Assembly (NCBI GenBank): GCA_044892525.1
Contig: CM097885.1
Span: 235,292,001-235,356,000 of the forward strand
Source: Schmidtea polychroa
Lineage: Eukaryota
DNA length: 64,000 bases
Direction of reading: 5' to 3'
Positions 12,768 to 25,731 of this stretch are shown here, one piece after another. Numbering within the stretch: the first letter of the stretch is position 1; every line of letters starts with the position of its first letter. The position numbers and the translations under genes were made by a program. Below the pieces are notes generated by a model. It saw nothing but the letters and a program-made list of their open reading frames with translations, was not told the origin of the DNA and searched no databases.

Positions 12768-15700
12768 TATAATAATAATAATGATAATAATAATAATTAT
12801 AATAATAATGATAATAATATTGATTAAAATTTTGAAAATAACATCTTTCGCGCGGACGGTAATATCTTTCTCAATAATAATGATGATAATAATATTTATA
12901 TGTCAGTAGATAGATCTCGCACTGGGCTTTAAAATGAGCTATAGATCAATAAAATCTGTTGGTGGGAACATTAAGTTTTGGGCAAACGAAAACCAGGTCA
13001 CCGCTAGATCACTAATAATATTTTGAATAATAATAATTTATGAGTCATCGTATGAGTCATCGTATGTGACATCGTTCTAAAAATATGAGGCATCGATTAC
13101 ATAATAGTTCTAAAAATATTAGGCATCGTTCTAAAAATATGTGGCATCGTTCTAAAAAAAATTTTTTTTTTCTGTGGGGGGAGGGGGTATATGTTCCCGG
13201 GATGGCCCACATCCTACTACTTAATATTATTATTATTAAAAACCAACATTTATTTATTTTTAATGTTTTAATTTTTCTCCGTCTAAATAAGATCATTCTG
13301 GTTATTTTTGGAGCAGTGGTTGTATGTTGCTTTTGTAATTATATTTTGCATAATGTTAACCTCTTAAGTGTATATGACTGATATATTTATTACACAGCAC
13401 TTATGACAGATGTATTCAGAATGTAAAAATTTTAGTGAATTTCTTTGGCCTGAACTTCTATCGTCCGGAGAGGTCGTGTCAATCAACTTGTGTTCTACTT
13501 GTTTTTTTGTTATTAAGTGTATACGCCTATAGGCGTATATATCCGCATGATGTGCAGATTTCCGATCTCTGTGATGTAGATTATGGTTTATGCTTGCGCC
13601 GCCTTAGAAGTTAAGATAAATGAGGGATGAATGACATTAAGTTATGAATAAATATGAAAGCAGTATTTGGTTTAATAAAGTCATAATATTTTATTAATTA
13701 AGGAAATTAATTACAAAAACCTTTGCTTTTGTATCAAAATGTGTGTGGTGAAATTATACAGAATACTCAAGATTCTGATCTCTTGATCGCTTTATGCAAA
13801 GATGCTCAGTAACATCCCCTAAACATCTAGTTTGTACTGCATTTATTACACTTTATCAAAGGAGGAAGAAAAACGACTTTAGGGCTATCCAGATATGAAC
13901 AGGAAATAAAAAAATACCTGTCGTACTAATAGGTACTTTAAACTACTTAATATATCGGACAGTACTGTATTTACTTTACTATCTCCTATGAATAAAAACT
14001 ATTAATAGAATAAATCAAATTCAACAACCTGAGTTTATTCTTTTTCTATGGAGAACTCTTTCCTTGTTGTTACAAAAAGTTTTGTTTATTGAATGACTAA
14101 TATTTAATGCTTATATACTCGACAAATATTTATTTATAATATTTGAAATTTTTTGAAATGGTTTACAATTAGGTTAAATTGATTAATGAAGGAGCAGATG
14201 ATGCTGGAGGTGCATATGATGAAACTATATCTGAAATTTGTAATGAGCTAGAGAACGAGGATATATTTCCAAGAATACTTATACCTATTCCAAGTGATAC
14301 AAGCACTTTCATTCCTAATCCTGATCCAACAATACCTTCCCAGTATTTCCATTTCCTTGGAATCTTGATGGCAACTGCTATACGTACCAAAAAACCTATT
14401 GACTTGCATTTAGATCCAATATTTTGGAAGCGAATGACAAAATCTATTGTTACAGTTGATGATTTGCTACGAATTGATCCTTCTTATTTCAACAGTTTGT
14501 TATCTATGAATGAATTAGGTGCCCTTGGATCTGACAGCCTTGATGAAGTAAGCATAATAGATTTCATTTTTGTCATTTAGTTTTCATCATCAACAAAAAT
14601 TGAATCTGTTCATTATTTATGAGGTAATGGAAAGAAAAAATAGCAATGATAATTCTTTTTTTTGGTACAATTATTTAATAGAAGTCGTTATTAAAATTCC
14701 AAATATTTATTTAATACAAAATTTGAAAAGCTTTCCTTTTATGCCAATCTCAATTTATATTTTCATATTAAAATATATAAAATACTTTAAAATACTTTTC
14801 AGCTTTCCAAATCTGTAAATGCAATTAGTATTATTCTGAAAATCGTCTGATCATCTAGCCTTGAAGTCGCAGTGAGACTGACAAATTTACTGAATCTATC
14901 AATAATTACGATCACATATTTCTTTGTTACTATTTTGCTCATGTATGTAATGTCCACAAATATTTGCTCCAGGAAGTTGGAACTTTCTCCATTTAAAAAT
15001 ATTTCCTTTGTGTGTCTTCGGTGTATTTCCATCTTTGCACATTCGTCACATTTCCTTAAACAATCTTGAATTGAATGGTAACAATTTTTTTTCAACATGA
15101 CATATTTCGTTATGAATAATTTTTACCAATTCTTCAACAGAATGTTCTGTAAATAGGACTTAATTTTTGTCCATCTTTATCCATAACTAACATCCCATCT
15201 TCATGCCTTATAATTTTTTCTATTTAAAGATAAATTCCTTATGTATGTCGCTTTGTGGACTAGAGTTCTTTTATAATAAATCGATTGTTTTCTGAAATCT
15301 ATAATAGTTTTGTTGTTTTTTCTGGATTCTTATATTATTTCAATCTTCTGTAATCTACACATATGTCGTACTCTCGTTTTGCCTTGTTTAACATCTTACC
15401 AGTTCTTGGATCTTAATCGATATAGACTTCTTGACCGTGAATGTTTCTAAGAACCACATTTTAGCTTCGCTATTTCTCATTTCTTTCTCCTGTGTAAGTT
15501 TTGTTTCTTTCCACTGTGGGCTCCTACTTCGTCAACCAGAAATAAATCGAACACGAGTATCAGCTGTTGATTTTCCGTTTGGAAATTCTAAACTAATCAT
15601 TTTCGGGTTCTATGTGACGTTTCCCAACAAAATGTGTTATATTGAAGTCAGAAAGAAGCTCAAATATCGGTTTTTTGGGAAGTGATTCCTATCATCCTCT

Positions 15701-18700
15701 ATGTTAACTTTTTGTAACCATATATATTGATTTGGTACGGTAGTTAGATATATCTAAAGAATTGGCATTGTATTTATTAAAAAATTGACTATGAATCATT
15801 AACCCTTAGTAGCCTGATTTACGAAAGTGATTTTTTTTTAATATTATTGTGTTTGCTTGAGGGTCTAAATGAAGGGAAAAATAGCTAAAAAATCACAATA
15901 TTTATTTTACATATTTATTTAGAAAAAAAAACAGGTATCAATTTTGATACTTCAGGCTTTAAGGCCATAAAGAAATCAGATATACCTATGCATGAAATAA
16001 TGCGAAACATTGATTGTTTTTATTATCGCATAACGACACTTTACACTTTTTACAGAACCAGGAGGTAAGTTTCCTACAATTATTAAATTTACACTTATTT
16101 CTAGAATCCATAAAATTTTTTCATGACCAATACAATGGCAACGCACGTCAGTAGAGGGTAATACTTGTACACCTGTCCGGGGTCTTTTAGAAGGTACTGT
16201 AGTGTCTTGTCGACTGTTGGTACTGGGTCTTCCCCTTTTATTTTTCGAGTGACTTTGATATCTACATAAAGTATCGGCAAGCTCAGTTCTAAAATCTGCT
16301 AACTTCATAATGTTCTTCTGAAGTTTTCCTTTCACTGTGTTTATCTTTTTGTATAGTACCCAAGCATTGATGACAGTCATGTCTAACAAGTGGTAGAAGA
16401 GCCTCGTTGTCCACTTTCTCGACTTTATGCGGATGCGATATCGACCAATGAAGCTATCCATCAAATCAACGCCGCCCATGTGTGTAGTTAGGTTTTATGT
16501 AGGGCGGAATGCCTGAAGTATCAAAATTGATACTCACAAAAATAGCACTAGTTTCTTCAAGTAAAACATGCACTCGCAAAAAGTAATTATATCATAGCGA
16601 AAATAATATATTCACTTACCTCAAAAGTATTTATATTCTTCAGAAAAAGAAAATATATCAAATTTGTATTCAACAAAACTTTTAGTAAAATGTGTTTACT
16701 TGTTCACTTTGCCGCGCAAGTAATATGTCATAGATAAAATAAAGCAATAATGACATTTGTTTTTTTTTAATTTCGTTGGAAAGAATATTATACAACAGTA
16801 AAATACAAACAGCCAATCTATAAAAAAAACTAATAGTAATGTGAACATTCGGTTTAAAAGATTGGTATCAAAATTGAAACTCTAGGTTATTAAGGGTTAA
16901 AGATAATGATGTTATTTTGATATTCACGAATTTTCGACATAACTTTTTTCTCGTGAAATTTTTGAATATCAAAAAACATCAGTATCATAGTCAATTTTTT
17001 AATAAAAATAATGTCAATTGAAATGAAATCAAACGTGAAAATCGAAAGAAGTTCTTATAATATCTAAAGAAGTCTTCATTAAAATTTCAAATATTTTTTT
17101 TATAAAAAATATGAAAATTTTTCCACTTAATACAATGACGGAGTTTTTATTTTTAATGCGAAATTCATGGATAAGAATATTGAAATAATAATAAATAAAT
17201 TGAATAAACAGTTTAAAATAACGGAGAAAAATTTAATTACAGCCTTTGATTTTTGTAATAACGACATCGAGTTAAAGCTTCGTATAGTTGACTATGTTTT
17301 GTTCAGAAGAGTGGTGTACTCAGAAGAGAAACTTACAAACTACTAATCAATTGATAACAAGGTTTAAATTAGAATCCTTGTGACCATAGTGCGTTTTTTT
17401 ATAACCAATAAATAAATTATAATTTGTTGGGGTTATACTGATTTTTATACTGAATTCGAAGAGCCAGATTCAGAGCCGAAACTTTAATAATATCCCGGCA
17501 GTAACATATATACCAAAAAATCAGAAAATTACAATATAATGAATATCCTCTCTCTCTTCATAAAAATAATAAATATTGTATTCGAATTAAATATATAAAA
17601 TATAGGAAAAATAAAAATTATTTCTAGTGATACTTTTCATTTGAATCTTTTACCAGTCTAGACTAGTCTGGTAAAATTTGGGTTTTAAAGTTTTTTTTGA
17701 TAATAATAAATAAATAATTTCTTAATGAAAACTGGAAATGCTATTGTCATTTAGCATTTCTCTATAATTGTAAAACGAATTTTTATAATCAATATTTTTC
17801 TGAATTGTTATAAATTTATCGCAGTGATGATTCCAATTCATCAGTTGTTAAATTTATTTATCGTGATAAAGTTTCATCTTATGCTTTCTATATCCGTGGA
17901 GATCATTCAAGGGCATTGACTATATACATCCAATGATATTCAATCATACTTACATAATAATCTAATAGGATAATTACTTTGTATGTGTTTCCCTGTTTCG
18001 TTACGCATTTAATCTAAAATGCTACAATAACTTAATTTTAATCAATTACTTTTATTTCATCGCTTTATGAAATACTACTTTTCTCTATAGAAAGATTTAT
18101 AATTTGTCGAATTTCACGAAGTATTTCTTTTTAAATGTTACACTTATTTTAAGTAAATTTACTTGAAGTTTTGTTTAATATATTTCTTCAATTATGTCTA
18201 CTTTTTACATGATAAAATTTACATGTATTTTTGGATTAATATTTTAATGCAAATATCATAGGAAATAATGAAAGAAATGAGGGGGTATTTCTTAAATTTT
18301 TGACCAGTTTTGATCATGTCACAAATAATTATGAGCTTAAATTCATAGTAATTCATTAATTAATTATTTTATTATTTAAGGTGTATGGGGTTGATAAATT
18401 CATTTGTTTTTCTGTGAATAAGACTGAAACTGAAATTTGTCATTGGGGATTGAAACAGAAAGTCAATGCAGATAATGTGTCGGATTTTGTCAATAAATGC
18501 ATTTATTACAGATTGCACGAATTTGATAACGCAATCGAGCTTGTTCGTAAAAGTTTTTGTAATATCTCTCCAATGGTTATATTGGATATCATGAGTTGGA
18601 GACATTTGGAGAAAATGGTCTGTGGTTCCAAAACCATTAGCATTGACATTTTGAAGAATATCGCTAGGTTATTTTTATTGATTTCACTAACATTTTTTGA

Positions 18701-20184
18701 TTATCTAAATGGAGTTTTAGACATTACTTTAATAACCTTAATCACTTTATAAACCTTTATAAACTTTATTTATTTGTGGTTTTAGTTTTAGAGATTTTCC
18801 TTAGAAATTATGCAACTTACTGTAATGAAATTTCAGTTATTTTAAATAAAAAAAATCAAATTTTTTGCACTTTTCGACATGTTGATAAAATGATGAATGA
18901 AAATAATTATATTGGGCTTATTAAATTTAGATTGTTTATCTTTAATTATCAACATACAGTTGCAGTCAGCAATTATTGCACCTACCTTATAAAAATGACA
19001 AAAACGTAAACGAATTAAAATTGTGTTTGAAATTCTTATCAAAAAATGTATTAAATCAAATCTTGTTATGGATGTAAGTTTATTTGAAAAATGACTCGTA
19101 TGTCTAGGTAATATATTGTATATTACACCTGTTTGCGTGGAATAAACTAGCATAAAATACAGCTTGGTGTGCGGATCAATAGATGAGTCATTTTTTTAGT
19201 AATTGTGTTTTCAAAAACAAAATTTTGTTTTTTTGGATTTTTTTACAATTTAAAAAAAGTTTTAATAATCTTTACTTAAATTTTCTGTTTTTATATTATT
19301 TGTCACATACTTTAATTTTATTTATTGAGTTTTGAGGTAAATGGTTAATATTCATGATAAAAGTTTAAAAATGAATCACTCCTAATTATTTGATATTTTA
19401 TCTCTTTATTTTCTCGACTACTCGATTTTTAAAAAATTGAATTCAGCAGTGTCTATATTCTAAACTAACTATAACCAGTCAAAAATGATAGACTTTTTTA
19501 GATATCATATTTTTTTAAATTCAAATTTGATTCTCTCTCGGAATAATAACTCTTGCAATCATAATTATTAATTATTATTTTATTTACGTCAAGTAATTAG
19601 TCAAAAATTTGAATTTTTAAAATACGGTATTACAATTCCATTATTAATTTAAAATTTCATTGTATAATATTTTTAAATTTCCCAAAAGATATTATGTTAT
19701 AAAAATATTCATAATAAAAGATTTAGAATAAATATTGCATTATTGACAAACATACTTAGAAAATTATATAATTTAATCTCACAAAATATTAATGTGTCAT
19801 TGTGAAGTATTTGACATTTGTATTCTTGTACTTGGCTTCATATTTCTATGTATTTTCATCTTTTTTCATTATTCTTCTTTTTACGGGATAGGTGTGATAA
19901 TCACTGGCAGTATTGTATATTATGATATAGATATAGATAATTGTCAGTCAAAAAAATCTCTACATTTTAAATATTTTAATATTACTGTTTATCCAATTAT
20001 TGCAAAATTATTGTTTTATAATAAAATAGAATATAATTCAAATAAATAACTATGGTAGTCATAATTCATAGTATTGATTCATAAAATGAAATATTTCGAC
20101 CCTAAATAAGTTGTTTATTTGAATTATATTTTAATAAATGATTTCGCCATCGGAAAATTTATTTTAAAGTTTATTATTATTAGG

Positions 20185-20279
<95 letters not shown>

Positions 20280-22019
20280 CAAAAAAAGAAGTAGTAGTAC
20301 TAGTAGCAGCAGCAATTTTGCCAAGTCTCAATAGGATATATGTATAGAATAAATTGTATCCTTTATATGGTTAATTTTTTTTTTTAAATAAAAATCGCCT
20401 GGTTATTTAATTCCCGCTAAAGTGATGGTTACGAAAAGAAAAAGAATACCGAAAATTCAAACAACAAACCTTGAAAACATATACAGAAACTGTTATTTGA
20501 AGTCAGTTGATTCTTGGGGACATATATTCGGACACATAGAAATATGAAGAGAAATCAGCGATTGTGAAGCATAATTTGTTGTCTTTAAAGATTTTATGCA
20601 AACTTAAGTACTCAAATTTAAATAAAACATCTGGAAACCGCGTTTCTCAAAGTAACTGCGTTATCGATGGAGGAATTAATAATCAGTTCATGTTATTCAA
20701 CAATGATAAATCATTTAATTGCATTTGTTTCTCTGTTATTACTGATTAGACAGCAAATATTAAAATATGCTTACAGTATTTTAATTGTGTCATTAATTTA
20801 AAAAAACACAGTGAATTTATACCAGCGACTTAAGCTAGAAACGTGATATTTTTGGGTTAGAGATGTCGAGTTCACAAAAGGATTTGTAGTCTATAATTAC
20901 AGGAAAATGCCCTATTTTATATTGCCTTTCATATTCTTAATCGGATAATAAAATTTTTTGTAATCTCTAAAATTAATTTTTATATTTTAAATGTTAATAA
21001 ATTTAAAAAAATTATTTTTTATTATAATTATTATTTTTTTAAAGTATAAAGTGATGATTCCTTTGTAACAGCGTTAATTAAACTTTAAGCGATTAAATGA
21101 TAATTTAAACCTTTTGCTGCGAGTAATGATTTAATATAAATGAAAAAATTTCGACTATAAGATAGCCCTTGTCAATTTTCTGGAATTCTGTTTCTTCTAT
21201 ATTCAAAATGCTTTTTGATTTTCTCTTTTATTTCCTTTTATTTCTTACTTCTTATTGGTTAAAAATAATAAAAAAACTATTTTTTCTGAAGTATTTGAAA
21301 TTTAAATTTTTTTTTAAATTAAATATTCTAAAGATCAAAACCAAACACTAAAAAATGTTTTAATTTTTAAAGTTTCTTAAATATCTTAAAATATTTATAA
21401 AATATAGTTTCCAATACGCAATTTAAATATTTAAAAAAAATATTTCTATTTTTATTTTGATTTCTAATGATCTTATATTTGATCTATTTATCTATATTAT
21501 TTGAAATTTTAGATTATTATTTTTTTAGTTTATTTATGAAAACTCAAAATTTATTCTATTTTAAGTCCAATAATTTTTAAGATTTAGTTTAATTTTGTAA
21601 TTTAATATTTAATAAATATATTTTATAGATATGTTGACGCGGATGTAAATGATATCATTTTTTCTTGGTTTTGGGAAATTCTGGAATCATTTAATGAATT
21701 TGAAAAAAGTCTATTTTTAAGATTTGTCACTGGTAAAAGTAGGCTACCATCACACGACTCTCATATTCCTTTCAGATTATTTATATATATTTCCAAACAG
21801 GTTTGCTCTTCTTTCTGACTTGAAAGGATTCGATCATTTAACCATTTTTAGCCTGCAAATAGTTTGCCTCAGTCCCAAACATGTTTTAATCAAATCCGTC
21901 TACCTAGATATAAATCTCGATCCGATATGGAAGCTTGTTTGAGAATCGCAATAAGTCAGTGTCGTAGTATAGATATGGATGATTATATGCTCATCAGAAA
22001 TAGAGAAAATGATATTTAA
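980..22019 (+). CDS. HERC1: HERC1-like giant E3 ubiquitin ligase, 3' part (RCC1-like repeats + HECT); 5' exons lie upstream of the window
   Basis: Exons joined by hand at GT-AG sites, all in frame: 980-1129, 1182-1526, 3902-4205, 4252-4538, 14173-14547, 18381-18667, 21629-21800, 21852-22019 (TAA). RCC1 repeats (VSCGMNHTLAL...YAFGEGAYGKLG; VVCGKNFSAAL...VYTWG). HERC1-type HECT motifs LRLPWRAWK|VKLINEGADDAGG, FLGILMATAIRTKKPIDLHL, LPQSQTCFNQIRLP (catalytic Cys) and C-terminal CRSIDMDDYM. Confidence 0.93.
2419..3729. mobile_element. Non-autonomous TIR element (PIF/Harbinger-like) in a HERC1 intron
   Basis: TIR GGGGCCGTTCATAAAGTATGTCAC at 2419 matches GTGACGTACTTTATGGACGGCTCC ending 3729. No clean TSD. 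Confidence 0.55.
2602..3228. mobile_element. Nested non-autonomous Mutator/MULE-like element
   Basis: Imperfect TIRs GGTGACCCGTCAAA / TTTGACGGGGTACC, subterminal CAAAAGGCCCC repeats, and a 9-bp flanking duplication ATTAGCTTT (2593-2601) / ATTAGATTT (3229-3237). Confidence 0.6.
5455..5700. repeat. Subterminal tandem repeat of element 1 (21/33-bp units CGATGCCTCATATTTTTAGAA[CTATTATGTAAT]); shorter mirror at ~13040-13155
   Basis: Units visible directly; they explain the spurious repetitive ORFs at 5412-5699, 5428-5628 and 13057-13381. Confidence 0.85.
5920..6830. repeat. (ATT)n microsatellites interleaved with ~60-bp AAAATATTTTTACACACACACAACCCATTAA units; mirrored at ~11800-12820
   Basis: Seen directly in both arms of element 1. 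Confidence 0.9.
6033..6154 (+). promoter_or_regulatory. Conserved module TATATACTCTGAGTTTATCC-GACAAAATATTCTGTC-CCCC + 15-bp iterons (first of nine copies); function unknown
   Basis: Other copies at ~6965-7055 (+), 8907-8997 (+), 10818-10912 (-), 11568-11657 (-), 12576-12697 (-), 26187-26310 (+), 29696-29802 (+), 32531-32654 (-). The regulatory role is inferred only. Confidence 0.5.
7540..8230 (-). pseudogene. Decayed spliced gene of unknown family in the core of element 1
   Basis: Three minus-strand GTAAG...TTAG introns (8218-8172, 7856-7813, 7701-7666) separate coding-like segments (NEENELYDYEEDETLKDLCSGF; ICVLWWEMTLKKY...DNT|SMIVDAASETKKY). Stops and frameshifts are present. Confidence 0.5.
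14799..15240 (-). pseudogene. Gypsy-type LTR retrotransposon integrase fragment
   Basis: CLRKCDEC zinc-binding end followed by rve-core LEQIFVDITYM...YVIVIIDRFSKFV; truncated. Confidence 0.8.
15803..16896 (-). mobile_element. piggyBac internal-deletion derivative
   Basis: TTAA TSDs (15799-15802, 16897-16900). TIRs CCCTTAGTAGCCT / AGGTTATTAAGGG. Internal palindromes GTATCAA(A/T)TTGATAC near 15935, 16518 and 16865. Confidence 0.92.
15976..16479 (-). pseudogene. piggyBac transposase C-terminal fragment
   Basis: MGGVDLMD...YRIRIKSRKWTTRLFYHLLDMTVINAW motif. N-terminal part deleted; Cys-rich tail frameshifted. Confidence 0.9.
20180..20280. repeat. (ATT)n microsatellite
   Basis: Pure ATT run of about 30 units. 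Confidence 0.95.
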
Positions 22020-22999
22020 ATTTTTAGTAATTATTTACTGGATTTCCAGTGTTACATTCATTATTTTGGAATTATTTTTTATAATTTTAAATGTGACATT
22101 TATTTATATATAAAAAAAAGAAATTTGTGTTCAATAACTTCTGTATATATAGATATTTAATAAATTAATGGAAATTTGGATAATTATGTATCATGTTGTT
22201 GTCTTGTTGCTAGGGGTTGCTTCGTGGTTTCCATGGTAACCAATTTCCATATCTATTTCATCTACATCATTTAAAAAATTACCCCTTAATGTTTCTTTTA
22301 ATATTTTGATTATTGTTTATTATTGACCATAAATATGTTGAGGTTTGTCGGGGAAATATTACATTGGCAATTATTGATCTAACTTCAACTTTGCTTTAAT
22401 CAACAACAACGAATTCCAAATTGTCTAAACACAAATGCAATCTTCCCTCCGATTGATGTTCCAATGCTACAATAACTAATAAGTTCAGAATCACTTTGAT
22501 AGCGATTTTTACGAATAAGGTCTAATTCTACTTGAAGAGACATCATGTCCTCTAAATGCTACGTTTGATCTGAAAATAATTATAGTTTTCTGAAAATCAA
22601 TATTATTGGTTTCGAGATTGGGAGAGACAATAGTAATGTCATCAACATCTACACTAGAGTTTTGAAGGCATTGTAATTCTATTTCTATATGACACTCAAA
22701 AGTCTGAAAATTATTGAGCAATCCAAAATGTTGAGTTTTTAATTAAATAAATATTAACGTCGGTGTTTCTGACTTCATGTGTTCTGTAAAAACAATTAGC
22801 TAACCAAAACTCAACGTATATTTGTAATCAAATTCATATAATCTACAATTTACAATATTCCTAATATTGCAATACAATGCATATTCTAGTAGGTAGTTAG
22901 GAGCGTACTGCAGCAATGACCCCCCGGGGGGGGGGGGGGGGTTCTGCTGCAACTTTTTTTTTGCTGCAACTTTTTTTCTGCTGCAACTTTTTGATTACG

Positions 23000-23750
23000 C
23001 AATTTTTCAGACTATAGTGAGGGGGTCTCGATGGTCCTGGGATTTTCAATACAAAAAAATTTTTTCAATACAAAAAGGCGGTCTCAATAAAAAAGCATGG
23101 AATTTTCAGACTATAGTGAGGGGGTCTCGATGGTCCTGGGATTTTCAATAGAAAAAAAATTTTTTCTATACAAAAATCCGACTACCACTAAAAAAGCATG
23201 GCATTTTCAGACTATAGTGAGGGGGTCTCGATGGTCCTGGGATTTTCAATACAAAAATTTTTTTTTAATACAAAAAGGCGGTCTCAATAAAAAAGCATGG
23301 AATTTTCAGACTATAGTGAGGGGGTCTCGATGGTTCTGGGATTTTCAATACAAATAAAATTTTTTCAATACAAAAATCCGACTACCACTAAAAAAGCATG
23401 GAATTTTCAGACTATAGTGAGGGGTCTCGATGGTCCTGGGATTTTCAATACAAAAAAAATTTTTTTTCAATAGAAAAAGGTGGTCTCAATAAAAAAGCAT
23501 GGTAATTTAAGGTCTCAGGATATTTTCAATACAAAAAGCTGGTCTACACTAAAAAAGCATGGTAATTTAAGATCTCAAGATATTTTCAAAACAAAAATTC
23601 GACTATCACTAAAAAAGCATGGTAATTTAAGGTCTCAGTATATTTTCAATACAAAAAGGTGGTCTACACTAAAAAAGCCAAGGATTTTTCAGACTATAGT
23701 GAGGTGGGTCTCCTTGGTCCTGAGAAAAAGGTGGTCTACACTAAAAAACG
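23000..23750. repeat. Subterminal ~120-bp tandem repeat (TTTTCAGACTATAGTGAGGGGGTCTCGATGGTCCTGGGATTTTCAATAC...); longer mirror at ~35235-36350
   Basis: Units visible directly; copy number differs between the arms. Confidence 0.9.
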
Positions 23751-23754
23751 TGGT

Positions 23755-24440
23755 AAATTTTTCAATTAAAGTAAATAATGGTCCTAAAAAATTAAATTAC
23801 AGTAAATTATGGTCCAAATTTTTCAAATACAGTAAATTATGGTCCTAAAAAATTAAATTACAGTAAATTATGGTCAAAAAATTAAATTACAGTAAATTAT
23901 GGTTCTAAAAAATTAAATTACAGTAAATTATGGTTCAAATTTTTCAATTAAAGTAAATTATGGTCCAAATTTTTAAATTAAAGTAAATTAAGGTTCTAAA
24001 AATTAAATTAAAGTAAATAATGGTCCAAATTTTTAAATTAAAGTAAATTAAGGTTCTAAAAATTAAATTAAAGTTAATTAAGGTCCAAATTTTTAAATTA
24101 AGTAATCAATGGTAAAAAATTTTAAATAAGTAAATTAAAGTAATAATTTTTAAATAAGTAAATTAAAGTAATGTAATAAGTAAATTAAAGTAAGATTTTT
24201 AAATTTATTAACAAAAAGTTGAAATAATAGAAGGTGTTTGAGAATTGAAATTTTTTAATGAAAATTTTTATGAAATATTTTTCAATGGTAATTTTTAATG
24301 GAAATTTTTATGGAATAATTTTTTAAGTTAATTTTTAATGGAAATTTTTAAGAAATATTTTTCAATGATAATTTTAGATGGAAATTTTTAAGATAATTTT
24401 TATTGAAAATTTTTATGAAATATTTTTCAAAGACAAATTT
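23755..24440. repeat. ~30-bp AT-rich tandem repeats (AAATTACAGTAAATTATGGTCC..., then GGAAATTTTTATG...); mirror at ~34440-35230
   Basis: Seen directly. Confidence 0.85.
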
Positions 24441-24454
24441 TAATAATAATTCAA

Positions 24455-25270
24455 CAACAAATCAACAACTTAGTACCAACAACCAGTAACTTACGAACAT
24501 GTATTACCAACCAGATACCTACAACTAGTTACTAACAACCAGTTACCTGATACCAAGTACTAACAACCCACAACAATTAGCTAACAACTAACTACCACCT
24601 AACAAGTACCTACAACCAACTACTAAGTACTAACAACCAAAAACAACCAACTAGGTACTAGATACCAAGTACTTACAACAAACATCATCCAAGTACCTAC
24701 TACCACCTACCAAGTACTTACAACTAGTTACTAACAACCAGTTACCTGCTACCAAGTACTTACAACTAGTTACTAACAACCAATTACCTGCTACCAAGTA
24801 CTTACAACTAGATACCACGTACTAACAACCGTCAACAACCAGGTACTAAGCCTTATCAACCTACAACTAGTTACTAACAACCAGTTACCTGATACCAAGT
24901 AAATACAACCACCTAACAAGTACTAACAATCAAAAACAAACAACCAACTAGGTACCAGATACCAACTAGCTACCAAGTACTAACAACCAACAACAACCAG
25001 GTACTAAGCATTAATTACCAACTACTAAGTACCTACAACCTACAACTAGATACTAACAACCAGTTACCTGATACCAAATACTTACAACTAGATACCAAGT
25101 ACTCACAACCGACAACAACCAGTTACTAAGCATTAATTACCTACAACTGGTTACTAACAACTAGATACCAAGTACATACAACCAACATCAACCAAGTACT
25201 AACAACCAAGTAACTTACCTAGTACTAAGCACTGTCAACTAGATACCAAACACTTACAACCAGATGACCA
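24455..25270. repeat. Strand-asymmetric C/A-rich degenerate minisatellite (ACCAAGTACTAACAACC / ACAACTAGTTACT); G/T-rich mirror at ~33575-34415
   Basis: Seen directly; G is strongly depleted on the + strand of the left arm. Confidence 0.85.
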
Positions 25271-25682
25271 CATGAAATTATTGGTTAAATATGAAAATAA
25301 AGGTTATAATTAGTTGTTTAGTAAATTATGGTGTAAAATTAAGTAATAAAGGATAAATAGGCAAATTAAGAATAAGTAAATTAAAGTTAAAAATTTTAAA
25401 TAAGTAAATTAAGGTTCAAAATTTTAAATTAAAGGAAACAATGGTTCAAATTTTAAATTAAAGCTAAATGAGTAAATTAAAGTAATAATTTTTAAATAAG
25501 TAATGTAATAAGTAAATTAAACTAAGATTTTTAAATTTATTAACAAAAAATAGAAGGTGTTTGAGAATTGAAATTTTTTAATGAAAATTTTTATGAAATA
25601 ATTTTTTAAGTAATTTTTAATAGAAATTTTTATGGAATAATTTTTAGGATAATTTTTAATGGAAATTTTAATGGAATAATAA

Positions 25683-25731
<49 letters not shown>

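Larger units (their letters stand above)
5419..13221. mobile_element. 7.8-kb non-autonomous Polinton/Maverick-like foldback element (element 1) in a HERC1 intron
   Basis: Termini AGTAGTAGGATGTGGGCCATCCCGGG ... CCCGGGATGGCCCACATCCTACTACT. Perfect 6-bp TSD TAATAT (5413-5418, 13222-13227). Inverted arms ~1.85 kb (5419-7258 / 11364-13221). No intact gene. Confidence 0.85.

Noticed and set aside
22509..22721. ORF containing AFRGHD, similar to hAT/DUF4371 transposase motifs
   Set aside because: Only a six-residue resemblance with no other supporting motif, so it was left uncalled.
23000..23750. Regular repeats resembling a CRISPR array; CTCACTATAG resembling the T7 promoter core
   Set aside because: The intervening segments are themselves repeated (no unique spacers), there are no cas genes and the context is eukaryotic. 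The T7 match is only 10 bp and lacks the TAATACGA specificity region.
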